From assembly GCA_030770535.1 (NCBI GenBank), contig JASVEC010000001.1, positions 2,232,001 to 2,296,000 of the forward strand: DNA of 64,000 nucleotides, given 5' to 3'. The position numbers were made by a program, and so were the translations under genes. The first letter of the stretch is position 1; each line of letters begins with the position of its first letter. The DNA comes from Batkoa obscura (taxonomy: Eukaryota). Shown here piece after piece: positions 57,184 to 64,000 of the stretch. Below the pieces are notes generated by a model that was given only the letters and a program-made list of their open reading frames with translations, did not search any database and was not told the origin of the DNA.

Positions 57184-58521
57184 ATGAGCAATAAGAGCAT
57201 TGATTTTTTAAATATACCTGTAGATAATTTTAAACAAATTTTATATCACTTGGACGGAAAGGACTATGTCAATTTATTAATTTGTTGCAAGGATTGGAAT
57301 AGATTTCTTTTACCTTTGATATGGGAAGACATTGAGCCTAAATCCTATTGTTTTGACAACAAACGAAGAGTAAGAGCTTACAAATATTACGGTCGCTATA
57401 TTAAATATTTAAATTTAAGTAATGATCCAGAATTGCCAATTCGTAGAAGCATTTTCCCAAACGCAGCTCATCTTAATTGTTCAATTAGCACTTATCTAAA
57501 GAATTTAGTTGAACTTATAGAAATGAAATTGACAGCTACTATATTGGATGACGAATTGGATGATATGAATCTTGTTGAATATGTTTTTGTAAATGAAATG
57601 TCTTTAGAGCATCTGTTATCCAATTTAACTTATTTAGAGATTCCCTATATTTATGATTATTTTAAATCAATAGTTATGCCCACACTTCCTCCATCTATGC
57701 ATTCTTTGTATCTAGGTTCTACTGATGATAATGATCCATTTTTTGAAAGTTTACTTACGAGATTAACCAATTTAAAGCGTCTAGGATTAGAGTATACTAG
57801 TTTGAATGAGCAAGATTATACCTATTTTAAAGCAACCCGATTCACCACATTAGTAAGCTTAGCACTTTGTCACGTAGAATTAGACGACAATATTTTAATC
57901 ATCAACTTTGATAATTTTCCAAATCTTAAAGATTTAGTGATAGCTGAGAACGGAGAAATACAATTCATTGGAGTTTCAAAAATTACAGCGTTAACTGTTA
58001 GTGACCTTGGTTTCAAACTTAATACTCTAAAAGTAGATCAATTCCCAGAATTAAGGATATTAAAAGTCAAGCATTTTTATAACTTGAGAGTTCAACAACT
58101 TCGGGAGTTATTTAGTTTTCCTAATTTAACTTCACTTACAATAAAAACATATAGTTGTGATCTTCTTTTGCTACAAGAAGTATTCATTAAGCAAAATACA
58201 AATTTAATTAAACTTAAAATTCATGGATTTAGTTTGGGGTCTTACTTTTATAATTTTATTACAAAGCATTGCCCTAATTTAATGGTATATATATTGAACC
58301 GATGTGAGTTTATTGACGATATTAAATTTAATCGAAAGAATGTAAACTTAAATTTAAACTTGATAGAGATAGCAAATTGTGAAGAAGGATATGGCTTTAA
58401 TGAACATGTTAAGTGGTTGTTGGAAAATTCAAAGAATCTTAAAAAAATAATCATAGATGATACTAATTTACCTTTCAACTTAATTGATAAATATTCGAAT
58501 ATTATCGAGTTCGATGCTTGA
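57184..58521 (+). CDS. F-box / leucine-rich-repeat (RNI-like) protein, intronless
   Basis: N-terminal F-box-like FLNIPVDNFKQILYHLDGKDYVNLLICCKDWN; repeated FPNLxxLxI LRR motifs. Confidence 0.8.
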   Translation: MSNKSIDFLNIPVDNFKQILYHLDGKDYVNLLICCKDWNRFLLPLIWEDIEPKSYCFDNKRRVRAYKYYGRYIKYLNLSNDPELPIRRSIFPNAAHLNCSISTYLKNLVELIEMKLTATILDDELDDMNLVEYVFVNEMSLEHLLSNLTYLEIPYIYDYFKSIVMPTLPPSMHSLYLGSTDDNDPFFESLLTRLTNLKRLGLEYTSLNEQDYTYFKATRFTTLVSLALCHVELDDNILIINFDNFPNLKDLVIAENGEIQFIGVSKITALTVSDLGFKLNTLKVDQFPELRILKVKHFYNLRVQQLRELFSFPNLTSLTIKTYSCDLLLLQEVFIKQNTNLIKLKIHGFSLGSYFYNFITKHCPNLMVYILNRCEFIDDIKFNRKNVNLNLNLIEIANCEEGYGFNEHVKWLLENSKNLKKIIIDDTNLPFNLIDKYSNIIEFDA

Positions 58522-58763
58522 TATTAAGAATTTTATATCCCCGCATATGCTTGAATAAAATGTTAATACATACTTTTTAATTGTTTAATAATTATAAAAG
58601 AATATTTAGTCGTATAATTATTTTCATATGGATACTAAATTTACTTTTTAACAAAATTCTAACAGTAATTTTAAATAAATAAAATTCTTTTATGTTGGAT
58701 TTATAAGCTAATAGTTATAGATATCATATTAATAAATATCTGTTATACCTTTGAAGTTTATAT

Positions 58764-58865
58764 ATGAGGATGTATCTTTTTGTTCAAGAATTTTACTAAT
58801 AATTTTTCCACCCAAATAGCGCTTAAAGGATGGAAAAAGTAATGAAGCCAAAAAAACATCCCCAT
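58764..58865 (-). mobile_element. MITE-like repeat, copy 10
   Basis: ATGAGGATGT...ACATCCCCAT with shared core. Confidence 0.88.
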
Positions 58866-60963
58866 TAATAAATATGCTTGTTTTAAGCCTTTTTAGAAAT
58901 GGAAAAGATATCAATTAGTAGCGCTATATGCTAGACTAAAGATATGACTAAAAGCCTTGCATTATTTCTTTTTAGAAAGCTATGGGACCACTATTAATAA
59001 ATAATACTTTTTGGCATCTATATTCTAAGTAATTATTGCTATTTTACTTCGTTTGATATATAGGTTACCAATCCTCGGCTTAAATTGAATTTTTTAATCA
59101 TGTTTTAATATTTATAGCTCTTTAATGTCTCACTATTAATAGTGTTAATTTTCGGTTTAAGAATGATAAATTTATAATTAAGCCAAACCATTCAAAAATA
59201 ATATTTTCTAAAATTAAGAATAAAAATCAAGCAACTCATAATAAGCGAGCTCCTAAGTAATCACGATTTGTTTGAGCTTCCTGAAATTTATAATAAAAAT
59301 GAAATAATTCATAATAAGGAGTTTGTTTACAAACTTATATAAATCAACTCTTTGCTTTATTGATTCAACTCTATCAGTAATTTTATGAATCTGATCTCTC
59401 ATTTTTGCACTTTTTCCTTACAATATGCTAAATCAGCAGTAGTTTATACCAACATCAATTGGGAGTTTTGGCCAAGAGTAATATTATTTTCAATAATTAA
59501 GCCGAATAAATTGAATAATGGCCATATTTATAGAGTAAACTTCATTTTAAGCATGGCTTGAGTGCTATTTTCAAATAATAATCTCAGGATAGGATAACAT
59601 GAAATAGTAATAGAACCTCCACAATTTTTTATGGTTTAAAGGATTGACTTAAAGGTTGATAGGGCTTACTTCGATTTTCACGCTTTTAATGAAACATTAA
59701 TTTGAATTTTAGATCATTATTAGTAATAAATATTTAGAAATTTATTTTATACAAATAGGATAATTGCATTACAAAATAATAGCCAGTTAAAGACCGAGTT
59801 AAATGAATTGTATTGGGTGTGGTGCAGCCTGTTTACCATATTTTTATTTTAATTAATCTAATCTGATTAAATTTATAGTGTAAGAGAGAACTAATAAAAA
59901 TTTATAAGCTAATATCAGATCAATATTAATGTAAGTATAGTTTATATTTTTGAATAATACGTGTATATATTGTCTAGATGAATAGAATTTTTAATTTCCC
60001 GATTATGGTAAGCTTTTTTTAGAGCATCTTATTTAATCGTGTAAACCAAACAATCCATTGTAAATTTACTATAGTTAAATCACATTACTATAGCAATATT
60101 TATTTTAAAAAATAATCTAAATGTTTGCACTTTAACCCTCGTATCAGATGATACCTAAACAAAACTATAGTATTTTATTTATAAAAAGCTCGATTGTATA
60201 ATTTGTACTCATTGATATGTTCATTTGAAAAAGCTTTGATTTGTTAATTCTTGATTCCATTGTTGTTGATAAGAGTATTATATCTGATAAATACTTTAGA
60301 TTTGTATATTATATCTATTTATACATTATCATACGTATTTAATCTGATTATTCAATTATTCTTTATTACTTAACAACTTGATTAATATGTATTCACTACA
60401 CTACTTTAGCATTATGGCAATTAACCTATCTTATTATCAATATAACATAGTATAGTATGAAATTTATTATATAATATAATTGATACAATATAAATATCTG
60501 AAATGTTTTATTAACCTTAATGTTAAACCAGTATTAAACTATGTCATTTTAACTTCTATCCTTACTTTTCATGATTACGAATAGTTCAACTTTAATTATT
60601 TAGTTTCTCATGTCAGTATAATAAATTATGCTTTTATTGATGTTATTTTGTGATAAGGAATAGCTAAATAAGGCGCTAAATTTAGTAACTCAGAATTGCA
60701 CAATCTTTTATTGAGCAGGGTATAAAAACTCCACTTTAAATCATTTTTAAGCAAAAAGTATTAAATTGAAAATTGGACTGTTTTTAAGCTTCTCTTTTCT
60801 TGAATCATTGCATTAATCTTCAAACTAAATTTCAAATTAAGTTTGACCAAACAGTATAAATAGATCCAATTTTTCTTTAAATTTCAATTAAGTTTTTAGA
60901 ATCTTATTATCATTCTTTTACCTTACTTTTTTTGATTGTGAGCACTTTTCCAACTAAGGGTAA

Positions 60964-61047
60964 GTGCTATTTATCAACACGTTTTCGTCAAACCCAGTAC
61001 ACAAACTTTACCGAGTCTTTTCAGCTCAACCACCTTGGAACTTATAG
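60964..61047 (+). promoter_or_regulatory. Non-AUG upstream ORF (uCC-type, PPW motif) in the ODC leader
   Basis: Frame after TAA (60961): VLFINTFSSNPVHKLYRVFSAQPPWNL*; near-cognate starts GTG 60964, ATC 60973, ACG 60979; no ATG between the TATA box (60855) and the ODC start. Confidence 0.8.
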
Positions 61048-61220
61048 GTCGTTAGCTTGAAACCGATTTAGTTTATAACTACATTCCTTTACAGTCTTAG
61101 ACCACTTTTATTTTAGTGGACCTTTAATTTGCAGTTTTGAGTCCAGAAGCTTTCTTTTACAGCTCTCCTTTAAGTTCGCCTGGGTAATATTACCAATCAA
61201 CTTTAATCATTAATCTTATT

Positions 61221-62597
61221 ATGTTGGAAGTATTTTCTCATCCTATTAAGGCTACCGAGCCTATCAATAAGCACTTTTCCAAATTCAACCCTATCAAGAC
61301 TCCCTTGGTATCATCCTCAATTGGTGCAACCCCTGTTTTCGAGACCATTAAACAAGAACTTGCTGCCATCGAGAACACTTCAGATGATGCTTTTATGGTA
61401 GGTGATCTTGGTGAAGTTTATCGTCAACTTGTTAAATGGGAATACAATTTTCCCACTATTAAGCCATACTTTGCCATCAAATGTAATCCTGATCCAGAAG
61501 TTTTAAGACTTTTAGCTTCGCTTGGTACTGGCTTTGATTGTGCAAGTAAGACTGAAATTCAAACTGTTTTGAATCTTGGCGTTGATCCATCCCGTATTAT
61601 CTACGCCAACCCTTGTAAACCAATGAGTCACATTCGTTTTGCCGCTTCAGTAAACGTTCGACGTATGACTTTTGACAATGCTGATGAACTTCGCAAAATC
61701 AAAATGGCCCATCCAAATGCTCAGGTTGTTTTACGTATCTTGACTGATGACTCCAAATCCATGTGTCAATTTGGTGTTAAATTTGGTGCTTCTCTTTCTA
61801 ATAGCTATCAGCTTGTTAGCCTTGCTCATGAACTTGGCCTTGAATTAATTGGTGTAAGTTTCCATGTTGGTAGTGGATGCCATGATCCAGACTCTTATCG
61901 TGATGCTATTTCAAGAGCTAGAGTTGTGTTTGACCAAGCTGCTGAATTTGGATTTAAACCTACACTTTTAGATATCGGTGGTGGGTTCCCAGGCTCCAAT
62001 GATCAACAAAATTCCGATTTGTTAAAAGGAATTGCAGAGGTTGTTGACAAAAGTCTTAAAAGATACTTCCCTGAAGGAGGGCTAGAGCTTATCTCTGAGC
62101 CAGGACGTTACTTTGTTACTACTGCTTTTGTAATTGCCTGCAATGTTACTTCTCGTCGTGTTGTTCCACGTGATGCTTCTTCTGATGATGAGGGACCAAA
62201 AGGGTTTGAAAACTCAAAAATAAGTGTTGCAGATCATCCCTCTTATATGTACTATATAAACGATGGTGTTTATGGTAGTTTCAATTGTATCATGTTTGAT
62301 CACCAAGTGATCTATCCAAAAGTGCTTATGAAGTCTGGTATCTTTTTCCAAGATTTCCCTGAACTTGAACATGCTTATAATTTTGAAAGTAGTATCTGGG
62401 GCCCAACTTGTGATAGTTTAGACGTAATTAATAAAAACTGTCTTTTACCTGAGCTTGATGTCAACGATTGGATCTATTGTGATAATATGGGTGCTTATAC
62501 TAGTTGTGCTGCTTCTGAGTTTAACGGATATGCAAAAACTCGTATTGTTTACACTTTTACCGAACGTGATGCTTATTTACGTCGTTTAGGACTTTAA
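61221..62597 (+). CDS. SPE1: Ornithine decarboxylase, intronless CDS
   Basis: FAIKCN (PLP lysine), FDCASK, HVGSG, DIGGGF, EPGRY, WGPTCD, MGAYT all intact. Confidence 0.96.
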   Translation: MLEVFSHPIKATEPINKHFSKFNPIKTPLVSSSIGATPVFETIKQELAAIENTSDDAFMVGDLGEVYRQLVKWEYNFPTIKPYFAIKCNPDPEVLRLLASLGTGFDCASKTEIQTVLNLGVDPSRIIYANPCKPMSHIRFAASVNVRRMTFDNADELRKIKMAHPNAQVVLRILTDDSKSMCQFGVKFGASLSNSYQLVSLAHELGLELIGVSFHVGSGCHDPDSYRDAISRARVVFDQAAEFGFKPTLLDIGGGFPGSNDQQNSDLLKGIAEVVDKSLKRYFPEGGLELISEPGRYFVTTAFVIACNVTSRRVVPRDASSDDEGPKGFENSKISVADHPSYMYYINDGVYGSFNCIMFDHQVIYPKVLMKSGIFFQDFPELEHAYNFESSIWGPTCDSLDVINKNCLLPELDVNDWIYCDNMGAYTSCAASEFNGYAKTRIVYTFTERDAYLRRLGL

Positions 62598-63160
62598 ATT
62601 TTTGAAATAAAATCTTAGCAAGTATTAGTTTTCTGTTAGTTTTATTAATAAGTTAAATTATCAATTGAGTGAATTTTCAGATTATGATATCATGAGTTTG
62701 ATTGTATAATAGATTATCTTGCATTTTAATCTAATTCAATCAGTTTTAAAGTTCATCTAATATTATACTGAAATGAAATCTCATGCTTTAAAAACATCAT
62801 TGCTTATCAGATAAAATTGTATTTTAGTTTATAATATAAGTCTGGATTCAGCATTATTCAAAGTAATAGTAAAAAATTAAACACATCCGCAATGATATAA
62901 TCAGTCGGAGCTTTTAAATCCTATAATAATTAAATTAAGACACCCATTATTAAATACATAGGCACAGCTGAAAACATTTTATTAAATAAATGAAATAATG
63001 CCAAAAAATTAATTTCAAATCAAGCAACTTTGATGATTGGAGTTGAGAGAGCTCACTACTTCAATAACCAATCAAATAGGGAAGTGACTTCATCAAGTCA
63101 GAAATGAAAAAGCGCGACTCTTTTAAATCGCGTCTTTTTTCTGTTGAATTAAGATCAGGA

Positions 63161-64000
63161 ATGAATTGGGACAAAGAGAAAACAACACAAGTAATACAAT
63201 CAACACAAGCAAATGATCTTTTAGTCAAAAGAATGGCAGGACCAAGTAGCGCAAAAGCGGGGTTAAATGTGATTGACAGAGACGCGATTAATAAAAAAAT
63301 TTATGAGATATCGAAAGTAAATTGACTTTTTTTTAAAATTGAAATTTTCAAAATTTATGAGTGATAGGGAAGTAGATATTTTGAGAATGAAAAAAGAAAA
63401 GAAGAAAAATTAAAGAAAAAAGTAGAAGATATGATGGAGGTTTATAAAAATTTAAACTTTAATGAGTTTAATATCTACTTGCCTTTTTTAAATAAGTTAG
63501 AAGCTGAATTGGAGAATGATAGAGATTTGTCCCAAAATATTATTCATGTTGATATGGATGGTATTATTTAATGTTAAAATGCAGAACATATCTAATGATT
63601 TAGCTTTCTATGCTGCCGTTGAAGAGCTTGACAACCCAAAACTAAGAGGTGTTCCTACCGCTGTTGGTGTAAGTTTGGCTTTAATAAGTTAATAGCAACG
63701 CTAATAGTAAAAAAATAGGGACCTAATATGTTATGTACAGCGAATTGTAATTCCAAATAGTTTTTTTATGTTGGCATATTAAAATAAAATTTAGATGAAG
63801 CAAGGTATATTGATTAGTACAAAATGAATCACAACTTAATAGTTTCAACAAAAGGAAATATGGTGTAAGGTCAGCTATGCCTGGGTTTATTGCAAAGGTA
63901 AACTATTTGAGATAATATTTATTCAGTTAATTTTTTTAGGAGTTATGCCCAAGTATTTTATAGTCTAATTATTGCCAATCAATATTAACCTTTCCTAAGA
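63161..64000 (+). CDS. POLK: DNA polymerase kappa (DinB/Y-family), 5' part, runs off window; many introns (alternative in-frame ATG at 63104)
   Basis: KAGLNVIDRDAINKKIYEISK|GSRYF, IIHVDMD|AFYAAVE, LCTANYEARKYGVRSAMPGFIAKELCP. Confidence 0.93.

Noticed and set aside
58729..58914. 61-aa ORF on the minus strand
   Set aside because: It is merely a reading through MITE copy 10.
61221..62597. ODC homologue being an inactive antizyme inhibitor, given the AZIN1-like uORF
   Set aside because: The PLP lysine, the GPTCD cysteine and other active-site motifs are intact.

Overview
This is a very AT-rich eukaryotic genomic window with compact genes and many short (~45-60 nt) GT-AG introns. It is most consistent with an early-diverging fungus; an Entomophthoromycotina/Conidiobolus-like origin is inference only. 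About 27 protein-coding genes are recognisable. Housekeeping genes: mtHsp70, IML2/TTC39, GDA1, RPT3, TBCC, eIF3d, RLP24, Arb2/FAM172-like, TMEM62-like, SNM1/PSO2, SRP receptor alpha, a BSD protein, eRF1, SPT4, DCC1, a METTL-type methyltransferase, GSK3, ODC and Pol kappa. Less usual genes: two divergent polo-related kinases, a giant Q/N octapeptide-repeat membrane protein, an expansin-like protein, a DM9 lectin, DUF4436, a stand-alone voltage-sensor-like protein and an F-box/LRR protein. Two signals are not in the ORF track. (1) An AUG-less uORF ending ...LYRVFSAQPPWNL* lies in the ATG-free leader of ornithine decarboxylase; it looks like a polyamine-sensing PPW 'uCC' element and may be removable by a leader intron. 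(2) Ten copies of a ~100-bp MITE-like element with AT-GGGGATGT...ACATCCCC-AT ends are present, five of them clustered at 42.8-44.1 kb. Boundaries of spliced genes were read by eye and may be off by a few nt.
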